A stretch of 64,000 nucleotides of DNA from the NCBI GenBank assembly GCA_036172245.1, contig JAYWIR010000001.1, positions 3,038,001-3,102,000 on the forward strand, in the 5' to 3' direction. Below, one piece after another: positions 12,250 to 24,210 of the stretch. How positions within the stretch are numbered: position 1 is the stretch's first letter; each line of letters starts with the position of its first letter. The notes under the pieces are model-generated. The model was not told where the DNA came from, made no database searches, and saw nothing but the letters and a program-made list of their open reading frames with translations. The translations under genes were made by a program, and so were the position numbers. Source of the stretch: Raillietiella orientalis. Its lineage: Eukaryota.

Positions 12250-12940
12250 TCAGCAGGAGGAAGTCATCTGTCGGTGAGGCCCGTTCCAGCCCTGAATGAA
12301 TCCTCGGATGTCGCCGCATCCCCATTTGGCACCACTCTCTGGCACGCGGGAATCCGGGAACGTTAAAACAAACAGTGAAATCAGGTGGTGGGTCGAGCGA
12401 ATTCGGGGAAGTTCTGTCTGGTTTCCTCCTCCATCTCTTTTCGAATCCTGGGGGTGCCATGGGGAGTGCCACCGAAAGAGATTCGAGCCACCGGCCAGCG
12501 GATTGCATTGCCATGGTTCCAATTTTGAACGATAATCGCTGCAACAATGAAGACAATGAAGCAAGGACGTAATTGCTTTTGCTTGAGGATCTGAAGGGGT
12601 CTGAAGATCCGGCAGTCTCAGCAGCCTGCCTTCCCAAGGTTGCCAGCGTCCAAGCGGAGACAGGGAAAAATCAATTCCGCTTTTACGATCGAGGAATTTT
12701 TCCGTCGCCATGGAAATCCGCGTAGGATATCCTGCATCCACGGTGCCATGCTCCAGATGGGAAAGCTGGATGCCAGACATTGTTAAGGGCAAACTGCGAT
12801 CGACCGAGGAGGCTGCCTTGCGTCGCAGATCCCGAAACGTGGATGACAGCCTCGTTGGGTGTGCTCCACATGCAGACTCGCTGCTCGCAGTCCAAGAACG
12901 ACATCTTTTAGCAGGGCATTTTAGAACCTGCACTTGCAAG
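12250..12940 (-). mobile_element. Decayed L1/Tx1-like ORF2 post-RT fragment
   Basis: ORF 12250..12939 contains 'RSWTASSESACG' (W....LS..G) and 'KFLDRK...QPWEGRLLRLPDL' (F.W..K...P...GGL.LPDL). Confidence 0.35.
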
Positions 12941-13139
12941 GAACCACGAGCTCAGCAGCCGAAAATTCGAACCCACCATTCGCTACCATGGCAGAGCTCT
13001 CTCGCTCGTCTGAATGAAAATCTCCTCACTTTCAATCTGAGGACACGGTCGCATTTTTTTCTGCCTTAAGGTTTGTCGTCCAAGCTGGACAGACCCTTCC
13101 TCAGTCTTCCTAGTAATCGCAAGAAGGAAAAGATGTCCG

Positions 13140-13730
13140 GTGGTGAAGACGTAGCGGTGCGCGAGGAAGGCCGAACGGTTCTGCGGCGGTTCGTGTCCGT
13201 GTCAATGCTTTGCTAAATGTCACGGTACAGGGATCAGCTTCCAGGCTCTGCTGGAAGAAAAATTGATGTTTCCAATAGTGCATGTATCCTTCTAGGGAAT
13301 GTACATACAGTGTTTCCTCAGTACTCGTCGGTACCACTGCATATATATATATTCCTTCCCCAGGGGGATACTATATGTATATATATATATATATAAAATA
13401 TATTCTTTCTTTCTGTTTACATAGATATATATGTAAACAGAAAAAATCTGAAAATGTCTGCCGGTCGATGTACAGTCGAGTGCTATTTCAGTCACATTCG
13501 GATTCGCAGGGATAGCAGCAGCCATCAACATGGATTTGTTGGAATGTCTTCGAGCACTCACGAGGCGTTCTTTCGGAAGAATTGAAGAAAAGCACTGAAG
13601 CCATCAATAAAGAACCGTTCCAAACGACGCTGATGATACTCCTTCTCTCCTTCTTTTTTTACCCAATTCCACAATTTATTGAGCACTCCGTTTAGGTACA
13701 GGAAGTACATTTCGGATTCATAGCGATATG
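13140..13730 (-). mobile_element. Possible RTE-like LINE 3' remnant, interrupted by (TA)n
   Basis: Minus-strand pieces 'FLYLNG...EGEKEYHQRR', 'YPCES' (YGCE.W) and 'QWYRRVLR' (W.YRRILR) occur in the order expected for an RTE RT C-terminus. Confidence 0.3.
13341..13400. repeat. (TA)n microsatellite tracts
   Basis: ATATATATATAT runs at 13341-13352 and ~13381-13395. Confidence 0.9.
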
Positions 13731-15801
13731 CAACCAAAATGTCATCAATCTAGTTGTCTAATGTGCCCAACAATAAATTAACATTGCCATAGGCAGTTGT
13801 CCTATCCGCTCATCATAATGCAGCAATATTCGTGCTATTGTGTCATAGAAGATTTTGCAATCGGACAGGGCGCTGCTGTGTATCATGGCAACTTCGGAGG
13901 AGGACGACGAGGCTGCAGAGCTTGCTCAGACATCTTCCTCTTTCCTGTGAAGAGTGACCTTTTCCAGGGCACAGACGGCTTGTGCTCCCGATCGCGATCG
14001 ACGTATTGCAAGCGCTCCCATGAAGGAAATTGTGATTACATGGGGTACACCGCCGGAACGACGCTTTAGGTAAGCGGGCGATTGTGACCTCGTCACCTTC
14101 TTTCGCCGAGAATCCCAATTCGAAAAACGCACCTTGTAAATCATTTTAAGCTCCTTTAAATCTGACTCAATTCGGAAAATCGCCTTTTCCCTCTACTGCT
14201 TCTCGCTACGAATCTGCAGACATTACGGAGTCACAGACCTCAGATACCTTTGAATTGCCTCAGAAACATCCCAAATCACCTCGAATGCCCATCACGTAAA
14301 TTATTTATTTTCTACCGTTCGGCCTTCCTGGGATGAGTTCGACCTCTCTACTCGGGGTGCCTAATGCTAATATATACCTAATACCTAACAGGCCTGGTGC
14401 TGGCTGTTGGTTGTCAGGCGTCCGTGAAGTCAAATGCTTGGGGCAGTTTGCTGGTTGCTGCTGCAAGGAAGCACAAGTCTGAACGGGAATGTGGATTTTT
14501 CTCTGTGCTCTTAAGAAGCAAAGAACAAGAAGAGGCATCTTCGTATCATAGAGACACAGGCAGGCTGCTGGTGAACAATTCTAGGTCACTAAATTAATGT
14601 CCTTTTGTGGGGAGCAGAGTTTGTCGACGGACAGTGCACAAGAGGGATGAATTCTAAATCCGATCCGAAGAAGAGGAAGGAATGTGTACCGGTTAGAGAG
14701 AAGAAACTTTGAGCATCCATTGCAACTGGGGATGAGACTTACGGAAGAGCTGACGGATCGAACTTCCTCACGGTTCTTCTTCATCTGAGTAACTGATGAA
14801 GAATCCTGGATTTGCCGAATAAGGAACAGCGACCTGCAAATAACACACGGTGAGACTTTTTAGCTTCAAATGAGATTAAAGGCAAGAAGAATTGATGCTC
14901 CTAATGGATTCACATGCAGCATTAAGGTCGGAAGCTCACAGATTTGATGCAGGGCTGATTAGCGTTTTCATGTTCAGGAAACTTAGCTGTTGTTTAGGGC
15001 AACAAGAACACTTTGATTGCTGACCCATTTTTTGACAGGTACGCGGAGCAGATTTTAAGTTCAACGCTCTTGCTTCTTGACCGGTTTCCCCCAGACTTGC
15101 AGAAGACTTGGAGGGAATCTCGCCACAGATGGAACAGCTCGATAGCACGATCTCTTCACAGGACAGTGCGGCATAGCTGGACTGCCGCCTTGTGCGCTCG
15201 GACGATGAGCAGTTCGGATATGACCAAGGTTCCCACGGTTTCCTCAGATTCTTCTTTCGTTCTGATGGTTGCTTCTGCTGAGAGCATTTCTGCGCGCGAG
15301 TTGCTGTTGCGCGTGGACGACGTCGGCCCCCTTAGAGCTCCTTGCTGTCCCTTCTAAGAAGTGATCTCTCTGCAGTGAGGTGGGTTCGCTGCTGGATGAG
15401 GCCGGGATCTTACGATTCCATCTCGACTCACGTGCAGTGACAACGAACGCCACATGGGGAAAAGTTGCATCCCGTCAACGACCGAACTTGCGAGCGGCAC
15501 GCAGTCGCTCTGGCGAGACTCTGGGCGGTTTTAGGCCACTTTTCCACAGGAGCACTCATCTCCTGCCGCGCAGAACGCTCCCGATAGAGAGTACCTTGGA
15601 CCACGGAACCTGGCCTGGTGCACCGAGGCTTTCCGATTCAAATTCGGCTCCCGCCATGGAGGCACACGAAACCACACGACTCCTGCAACGGATGCTAGAG
15701 AGCAACTCCCTGAGCGAGAGTAATGGGGTTCGGAAAGGCACAGCATCATATGGAGAGTCAAACTTATCATCCCGGGTGCGTCCAAGGAGTTCGCCAGGAA
15801 A

Positions 15802-15868
15802 ACACTCTGGGAAGGGTTAACATAGTTGCCTTCGAATCCAGCGATCCGAGTTCAAATCTCGGTGGAAC
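15802..15868 (+). pseudogene. tRNA-Gln 3'-half pseudogene fused to a tRNA-Gly(TCC)-like segment
   Basis: 15834-15868 GAATCCAGCGATCCGAGTTCAAATCTCGGTGGAAC matches the 3' half of metazoan tRNA-Gln as I recall it. Upstream, GGTTAACATAGTTGCCTTC (15815-15833) resembles tRNA-Gly-TCC and CACTCTGG (15803-15810) resembles tRNA-Gln. There is no 5' acceptor strand. Confidence 0.75.
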
Positions 15869-16129
15869 AGCTGAGGGCACAATCGTCCCAGCGACCTGAA
15901 ATTTGTTCAAGTTTCACCCAGTCGTTTTAACGAATCGATTCTTCTCCTTCCGTAGATCGGCACACGTCGGAATGGAAGCGTTCACTCACTGCTTGCCTGG
16001 AAGAAAGAAAAGCTTCATTCCCGTCCAGTAACGGGAAAGAATTCCTACGGATTTGGGTAGCGATCCCATTGAAGAAGGGTTTCCAGGAGACTCTGCTCGC
16101 TCGTTGCTCATCTCTCCCTGATGCAAGAC

Positions 16130-16680
16130 CCAGTCTTCTTGACCCAGAAGCATCCTCAAAAAGAGAAGCGACGTGAGCCTTTGTTGGGCTTTGCCTCAGG
16201 AGCAGTGTGGACAGCGGCAGTTTACTGTTCTGGACTTCCAGGACAAACGGTGCAAGTAAAGCGAAGCTACCACTGTTGCTTTCTGATCTGGGATGGAAAA
16301 ACGGTCCAAGCAGTAATGGCGGTCGATGATCAAGAAGGCATGCCGGGCGTCCTCGGAGAGCTCCTCTCTGTGAAGATTTATGCAACAGGGTTCTGGAGAA
16401 ACTTGAGTTGACAGAAGAGTGGAGCCACCTAGCGTGCAATCAGACAATTGCATTTGCACCTATGAGGAAAGTGTTGAGGAGTGATGCACGTGAAATTTCC
16501 ATCCCATTTGGTCCAGCAGTTTGTGAAGGTCATTCCTGAATATTCCGAGCATGCAACTTTTGATGAGAAACGCCATCCTTGGTTAGCCCAAACCTTTCTC
16601 ACGCGGATGAACGCGTCTTGTACTTTGATGGACGAGGTCGGCAACTTTTCCGGACGTCCAGCATCCCGCGGTTTCAACGG
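16130..16680 (-). mobile_element. Decayed RTE-like LINE 3' fragment
   Basis: 'IKVQDAFIRVRKVWANQGWRFSSK' resembles I.KA..AF..L.K.W......K of RTE RT C-termini, followed by 'REEL' (NEEL-like). The region is frameshifted. Confidence 0.4.
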
Positions 16681-19600
16681 GAAGGGAGAAACGGAAGGAG
16701 AGAGAGAAGGAGGTGCTGTTTCAGTGCGTGCGTCGCCAGCGGCCGCCCCGCCCCGCTGGCTCTACCGATCCAACGATGGCGTGCCTTCGCACCGCAAACC
16801 GAGCAGTCGCGAGGCCGCGCTGCCACGAACGTGTACGGGGTTTTTCGCCCCTCCGGTGCGCCCCGTCAGGGCAGGTGGCCACCGCTACGTTGGCAGCACT
16901 GTCTCTCCTTATCCCTCTCGGCTTGCGTAGTGTACGCCGCCCAGGAGCGTGCGTCTTCCTGGGTGTCTTCGCCGAGCGGCTCAGGAGTGGCCCTCCCTCC
17001 CGCCCGTGGTCACGACTTCAGTCGCAACGACCACCACCTGTGCAGGCAGACTGTCATGCTGCCCTGCCACGGCGACTGGTCTGGTCGCGCCACGGCAGTG
17101 CCGAGCTGCCAGACTACCAGTATTGCAACACCGTAGTCAGCGACGGTAGCTCCCAGATCAACGATAGCAAGATGAAAGCTCTTGGTCTCTTCATCCGCAG
17201 GAAGAAGAGGAGGAAGAGCAGTGCTGTCTGGGTCGCTCGCGGCGCTCTCCTCCGTATGTAGTGTCCCTGGGACCTTACACCCCCTGAACTCAGCGGGCAG
17301 AGAAAGAAAGGATTCGGGCATTTCAGAAACACCCTCACGTCCGCTGCAGGCGAAGTTTGGGTCTCCTCTGGGGAGGATGTGGCGTCCAGGGCGATGGTGG
17401 CTGCTCGGGAAAGTGGTGACGTCCTGGAGAAGTGCTGGTGATTTTCGCGGCATCTTGCTGCAAGCTCCGTCGACACTTCTCCAGTAGCACAAACCCTGCG
17501 TAGCCGGCGCTGCCCGGGCACACAAGAAGAAGACCAGCCAAGGAACCCACCCTCATCCCAGATAGGGGCGCCTCCAGTCCCAAGGAAGTGAGTGCGACGC
17601 TCCTCCTTCGAGACGGCAAGCATCTGCCTCTTTTCAGGCCCACCTCCGAGACCTACTACCCCTACGTGAGACTTCAGCACCTGGAGTGCCTAGGACCGCC
17701 CTCTCGTCGCAGGTGCTCTGTGTTTGCCTACACGTGGTAGGGCGTGGGCGTTCTTCCGACCCCTGCCCTCACCCCACGCACGCTCCTGCTCGGAGCTCAT
17801 GGAGCAGTTGCGCGAGTGCGCCGCCACAACCCCTTCCTGCTGCGTCCCATCTCCGTGTGGAGCGTGATGGTGTTCACATGGGGATGACCGGCGGCGCTAA
17901 CGCCGCAGGTCATCCGCGATGATGTCCTGACAGTGGCCGCGCGCTGAGGCCGGATAACAAGAAGGGGAGAGGTAGGGAGGATGACGCGCCACGGGGGTTC
18001 AGCTGGTCAGGGAAACGGTGCCGAAGTGTTCCCGGAGGCGAGGCTTCGGGTCGAGAGGATGGACGCGGATCGCGCGTCCAAGTTGCTCCCAGAGACAACT
18101 AACCAATGAGCTTCCGGTCGTTCAGGCACCACGAAGCCGTCCCTCCCCTGGGGAGCGAGAAGACAGAACGAAAGAACCTCGAAGAATTCTGTATCCCTTC
18201 AAGAGACCGCAGTCTGAGAGGGGAAGAGGGAGAGCAGAAAGAGGATGCGACCCCTAAGGCAGGTGTGAAGGGGCGGCAGAGAGTTTCGTGCCCGGATGAA
18301 AGGTTGGCCTGCCGAAGAGTGCGAAGCTGGAGTGGGAGAGTCACGGAGCGCCCAGCTTTTGAGGTTCCTGGACGAAGCCCTCGGGAATGATCCTCTCTCC
18401 TCGACGGTCCAGAGTGTTCTTCTGAGCTTCCTGCCGTTTGGGCGGTGTCGGAGACCGTGCCGTCTATTGCAGGCGGCAGGACCGCTTCGCCGCGCGCGCG
18501 CCTTTTAGCCAGGCGTCAGCGGCGGCGCGCCGCTAGCGACGCAGAGCTCCATCGATCCCAGCGCGCCGCCCAGCCGCTTCGAGGAGCCCCCAAGGAAGGC
18601 CGGGCGCGGGTCGGCGCGGCGAGCCGGGTGGAGGGTGATGTTTTTCCACCTTCTCCTTCCACTCGCATTTAGTCCTCCCCAGAAGCAAAGGGGGAAGGGG
18701 AGATGCTGGGGAAGGGGGCAGTAGCGCACGGGGGAGGCGACGCCGGCAGACGGGCGTGTCCAGACGGCAGTCGGAGGGAAGGGGGACTTCCCGAAGGAAC
18801 GGACGCTTCGGGCGAGGAGGGAAAAGGGAAGGCGGGAGGAGGGGAGGAAACGGGAAACTCGGACTGGAGGAAGGACGTTGCCACGAAGTCCCGTCCCGAA
18901 TCCTCACAGTTTCCTGAAAAAAAAAGAAAAGAAAAGAAAAGCGGGAAACAGAGTGCGAGCGTTCCGGGAAGGCGCATCGCTGTAGGGATCCTCGAGGAGG
19001 GTTCCGTCCCGACGCGTGTCCCCTTTCCCGGAGAGAACGCTTGCCGGTCGGTTCCAGGCTGCGCTGCGGCCTCTGGGAAATCCGCGATCCTTTTGGCGCC
19101 TGCGGATCCAGGATCGATCCAGGACAGCATTCGAGGGGGAAAGCGCGGAGGCGGGAGCGGTCTCTCGGGACGTCTCCTTCTGGACTCAGCGGGTCGCTGT
19201 CCGGAGTACCAGAGACGAGCGGGAGAGGAAGAGGAGGAAGATGGGAACCGGGAATAAGAGGCATCGATCCGCGCGAGAGGAGCTCCGAGGCTGCCGGCGG
19301 CTGACGCCTGCCCACGAGAGTGCCTCGCCCGCCGTGCTCGCGAGGGAGCCGTGGCAACGGGAGATCTTTTCTCGGGCGGCCACGCCCTGCTCGCCCTCCT
19401 GCCGCTCCCTGATTCCTTTCGGGAGATGCCACCCGGATACGCCGGGACGTTTATTTAAAAAACTCTTGCATGGTCAATACAAAAAACGTGGTACAAGGCC
19501 CCACTAACTGCCACGCAACATCGGACCTGCCAGGACGCCGGGACGCAGCCCGGTGTCACTCTCCTCGGCAGTGGAAGCGGATGGGGGAGAAAACAAAAAT

Positions 19601-20973
19601 AAAAATAAAATTGAGAAAAAAAAAACAAAAAGAGTTTGGAGGGCCGGGAAGGGATCACTGCCCACTGGGAGGAGGGCCCATCCTTGGGTTCCTTTCGGGA
19701 GAAGGATGTGCGGCGGTGAGGGCGAAGCGTGGACGGGAGGAAGGAACGCGGAAGAGGCTTCTCCCCCCTTCGCGTTCGCCTCCTGAGATCGTCCCGACCA
19801 CCCTTTTCGCCTGACGACTGCGAGGAGGGCGAGGGAGTTCCGGACGTCGGCTGGGGACGTGGGTCGCGCGTTCCCTTTGAGGAAAACCCGCGGAACAGCG
19901 CCTCGCGCCGTGCCCACCCCTGCGGATCCGGGGAACGGGGCAGCCGGAAGAAGTCGAGGAGCAGCAAAGGGAGGAGGGGAATCCCAGGAAACGGCCAGGA
20001 ACCGCTCTCGTCCGCCCTTCCGTGGAGGTCCACCGGCTTCGAGTGTGGTGCCTCGAGGAACAGAGCGGAGCGATGGGTTTCACAGGTGAGCAGGCGAGCC
20101 TTTCGTTTTTTCCGAAGGAACGCGAGCCTTTATCCGAAGGAGGAAGGGAGGAGGAGGAAGAGAAGAGGAGGAAGAGAAGAGGAGGAAGGGAGGAGGAGGA
20201 GAAGAGCAGAAAAGGGAGCTCGCACTTCGGTCTTCTGCTTCTCCGCTGCGCCGAGGGTGAAGAAACAAAGCAGGAACGAGAAGAACCTTCCGGGGGGAAG
20301 CACGAGCCCAGGGTTTCTTCCACCTCAACGCTGCGCACGGAGGAGGGGAGAGGGGGAGGGGGGAAACTTTATTTCTCGAAAGCGCGCGTGAGAGAGAGAA
20401 TGTTTCCTCGGTCTTCGTGTCAGCTCGTTCATCTCGGGTGCAGTCATCTCCGCTGAGAGGCGAGGCTAGCAGTGAGAGAGGGAGAGAGCGGGTTAGGGAG
20501 CATCATCATTTGCCCCCGCCAGGTCAGTGGGAAGGGAGGGAAGGGGGGAGGCTAACACCTTCGTGACCACAGATGTGTGCTTCCTTTTCTCTGCGAGGAG
20601 ACTCCGGGCTGAGATATGTGCGGCAGGGACGGGAGGAGCGCTGCTGTCGTCGTCCAGGCCGATCGTGTGATCGGAGTGCGCGGTTTCCCAGCTGATCGCC
20701 CGATCGTCTGTGTACGTACATATATGTAAAAGGCGCCGGCAAGGGTGCCGCTGCTGTTGTCGTCGAGGTGACGTGGAAGGGCTCTGTGCTACTCGAGCTG
20801 GCGGGGGCGACGCGGTTGCTGCTGCTGCTGCAGCCGCAGCAGCAGCGACGGCGAGGCTCCCTGGAAACGGAGGGCGCTCGCTGCGCAGAGTTCGTTGGAC
20901 TCCCCCCCCCATAATTGCGACAAATTGTGGACATGCGCTGACACGTTAATTACACGCGGTCCAGTTTCCTTTC

Positions 20974-20991
20974 TTTTTTTTTTTTTTTTCT

Positions 20992-21022
<31 letters not shown>
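20974..21022. repeat. Poly-T plus (CT)n microsatellite
   Basis: T run at 20974-20989 and CT repeat at ~20996-21022. Confidence 0.9.
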
Positions 21023-21023
<1 letters not shown>

Positions 21024-22544
21024 CCCCTCCTTCCTCCTCCTCTGTTTATCAGGGAGAGGTCAGTGCTCCCAGCCGCTTCTCGCTGCCGCGGTTTCTCGCT
21101 CTCTCTCGTCCGCGGAGGCCTTTCTCCTCTCCCCGCGCGTCTTCGGCTGCGGACCCCGAACAGCCGAACACGCGAGCAAACCGCTAACCTTGAAAAATCG
21201 AGCGAGTGAGACACGCAGTCGACACCTGCGGCCGATTAATGACGGACAAGCGAGGGAGGGGGGGGGAGGAGGAGGAGGAACGGCCCGCGAGCCGTCCGCC
21301 GGCCGGCCGGATGTTTCGGTAAACAAAGAGCTAATTACTGTCGCTCACGGAATAAGTGGGGTCGTCCCCGAGCGCCTCGCTTGGCCGGACTGGTCGTACG
21401 CGCGCGCGCGCCTCCGTTTCTTGCCCGGAGCCCGTGGGCAGGAATCCTCGGCGCGACCCCCAACCGATCCACGGGAGGGCCACGCACAGAGCGCGCGCGC
21501 GCGCGCCCCCTCGGGGCAACAACACGAACGTTTCTTCGCTCGGAACGACAGCGTCTTCCGGTGCGTCCGCGCGCGCGAATAACGCCTGGAGGTGCACTCG
21601 GAAAGCTGGGCCTTGCCGACCGCTGGAAAGGGGGGCGGGCGGGGGGGGGGGGAGAAGAAGAAGAAGAAGAAGAAAAAAAATTCCATCGGGTTCGAAGCGC
21701 GCGGACAATCCCCGGGGGAGCGCGTCCTTCGCATCCATCTCGCGTCGCGACAAAACGGGCGTTCGTGCTGGTTGTGACGTCATTACCCGTTCCCTCCTTT
21801 CGGTCAGGCTTGCCAAAAGCTTTGCTGAGCCCTCCGGCGGACCGTTGGAAGCGGCCGTTTGGATTCCACCCGAAGACACACGCTGGCCGAGAACCGTTCA
21901 GCGCAACCAAGCGCAACATTAGCACTGGGGCTCGGAGAAGGGGAGAGGGGGTGAGGGTCGTTTCATCGAAAGGGTTCCCCCTCCCCCACCCCTCCAAAAA
22001 CACACACACAAACGCGAAATTTGGGAAGATGTTACGAACGAACCACGTCTACAGGAAAAGTCTGCTCCGATCACAGGAAAAGTGCAGACGTTTCGTCAAA
22101 CTATGTAATACAAAATAACGGGACCCGAACGGCAGCGGCCTCTGCCAGCGAAGAACGGATCCGCAGCGCGCAACCTGGACAAAAGTTTCCCGGCGGCAGA
22201 CTGCGGGAACGGGAAGCCCGCGCTCTCCCAGAGACAGGAAACGCGGGTTTTCGGAAGATTTTCGAAGCCGCTTCTGCAAAACAAATATTGGCTCAGCAGT
22301 CCGTCACGTGACGAGGGATTCGAACGCCTTCCCCAAGGCGTTCTGCGGGGTCGGCGAAAACGGGTCTCCCCCTGCCATCTATCGGAAGACGCGTGTAGTT
22401 CCGTTTTCTATAAATGCCTTCCATGCGCCACAGGAGAATACGGGGAAGGGGGGAGGGGAGCATTGAGTTAACGAATTCTCTTTCGACCTTTCGAAACCGA
22501 CTTCCGGGTCCTCCCAACTTCCAACCTTTGTTTATAAGATGACC

Positions 22545-23000
22545 GTTGCATGCAGGTTTGGTACCAGGTATTTTTCAGTTTTTTCGGAGTCAATCAATGC
22601 AGGTCAAATTTCTCGCGCAACGAATGCTGCTGAGCGGCATCGGCTGCTTCGCCAAAGAACAGCCAGGAATGGGGGTCCAAGCACCTCTTCCAAGCACGAG
22701 AATATCATCCACCATCTGGATGCGGAAATTCATCAGCGAAGAGTGTCACTTCGTCCAGCGAGAGAACGAAGCGCGCTGCAGCGAAAGAACAGTTTGCGAA
22801 GGGATCGAGTTGGCGGTCTGGAAACCCTGCCCGAGGTGGACGGCATTTCTTTCCGTTTCAAGTCCACTCCGAGTGTCAGGATGCCCCCCCCTCCCCCCTT
22901 GGACTCCTTCTGCAGGGCTTCGATCGGCTGGACGCTTCCACAAGCACGCGAGGTTGTCCGAAGCAACTTACGGGGAGCAGGCGAAAGCTCTGCCTAAGCT
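22545..23000 (+). mobile_element. MULE (Mutator-like) transposase C-terminal relic
   Basis: 'ISRATNAAERHR' (compare RTNN..E.WH) is followed, across frameshifts, by 'HP/TIWMRKFI...VQRE' (compare HP.IWKFI..L..E), a motif pair typical of invertebrate MULE transposases. Confidence 0.45.
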
Positions 23001-23849
23001 GCGCAACGACAGAGCAATGCCAGGGGGTCCCAAACTCAGGGCGACCGAGACGATTTCCAATCTTTTCTGCTCCCGTTTTTGATCTCCCGGCGGGGTGACC
23101 ACCGCGTGCTTCCGGGCGAGCAAAGATTTCGCCGTCTTCACCGATCCCGTGGAGCTTGGATTTGACCACCGGTCCAACCACGCAGATGCTCATTTTTTTC
23201 ATGCAATGAACGCCCCGGAGTATCCGGGTGACATCATTATTTTCCCGTTGGCATGGAGCCGCTACGTGCTCTGAGGTCGATCGCGAGAGGACTGAGCTCT
23301 CGAGAGAAGCCCGGAGCATCAGTAAGCCAACGGTTTCGCCGACTCAGAAATATTGATGACGCAATCGGGAGAGCGGCCGGCGACTTGCCTCGTCCCGCTG
23401 CTCTCGACCATTTACTTACGGTGAGTGAAGAGAATTTTTGAAGAAAGGTCGGGTGCGGCACGAAATGGACACGAAAGAAGGAGTCTCTCTTCGTGATGGG
23501 ACATCGCAGCGTCAAGCTGGAAGGCGAAGGAACGAGGAGGGCGCTGCAGACTTGTTCGCTCGGCTACCACCCGTTCTTCCCGGACGCTTAGCGGCCTCCC
23601 CAGCAGGTGGTGAACGAAGGAAAAACAGAGCAGCCTCTGTATTGCACGGGAAGCAAGAGCGAAGGAGGATGGTTGTCCCGAATGGGGCGGGACCCTCCTT
23701 TGAAACGGAGGGCGCTGACCAAAGCGGGGGAGGTCTCCAGGAAGCCGCAGGGATTTCCATCCTCAATCCGCAGTGGACGCAGTGTGTGTGCGATCCGGAA
23801 AAAAAAAAAAAAAGAAGGTCCAGTTCAGGATGGCACGCTGGTGTCTGAG

Positions 23850-24210
23850 ATGTCAGAGGTGCTGCCGTACCCCAAGCTCCTCTCAACACTGTGCTTCCTG
23901 AGCGGGATCATGGCTGCATGGAGCAGCTCAAGAGGAGGCCAAAATGATAATGACGCCATTTACTTTGCCATCCTCTTCATAAGGATAGCGTCAACACGGC
24001 TCCATCTGGGGATAGTAAAACAAGAACTTGCCTGCATCCTTACAAGGATGCAGAGGACGCCCTCCAGGACACAGTGATCCCTTCCCGGACTCTCCCAATT
24101 TTTTGCCGATATATTTTTTTTGTTTTCTTTTTCTTTTTGTTTGTCTTCCCTCCCGCTTCTGCCGAGGCGAACCTCGCCGGTCCACGCGCCGGTTCTCGGC
24201 AGTTTCCTCT
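23850..24210 (+). mobile_element. L1/Tx1-like LINE 3' end (ORF2 tail plus T-rich UTR); paralog of ~42470-42830
   Basis: Direct diverged repeat: VLP..LCFLSGIMAAWS..DAIYFAILFIRI vs VLP..FCCLRGIVAAWS..DATHFAVSFVRI. Both copies share GAACTTGCC.GCATCCTT..GATGCAGAGGAC..CAGTGATCCC and a T-rich tract. Synonymous changes support the + frame. Confidence 0.6.

Noticed and set aside
14770..15130. Mariner-like 'VTDEESW' and 'FPPDL' words
   Set aside because: Only two short weak matches, no intermediate D motif and no TIRs.
20493..20934. Poly-Ala-containing ORFs as a transcription-factor exon
   Set aside because: They arise from a (GCT/GCA)n low-complexity tract; no domain and no convincing splice sites.
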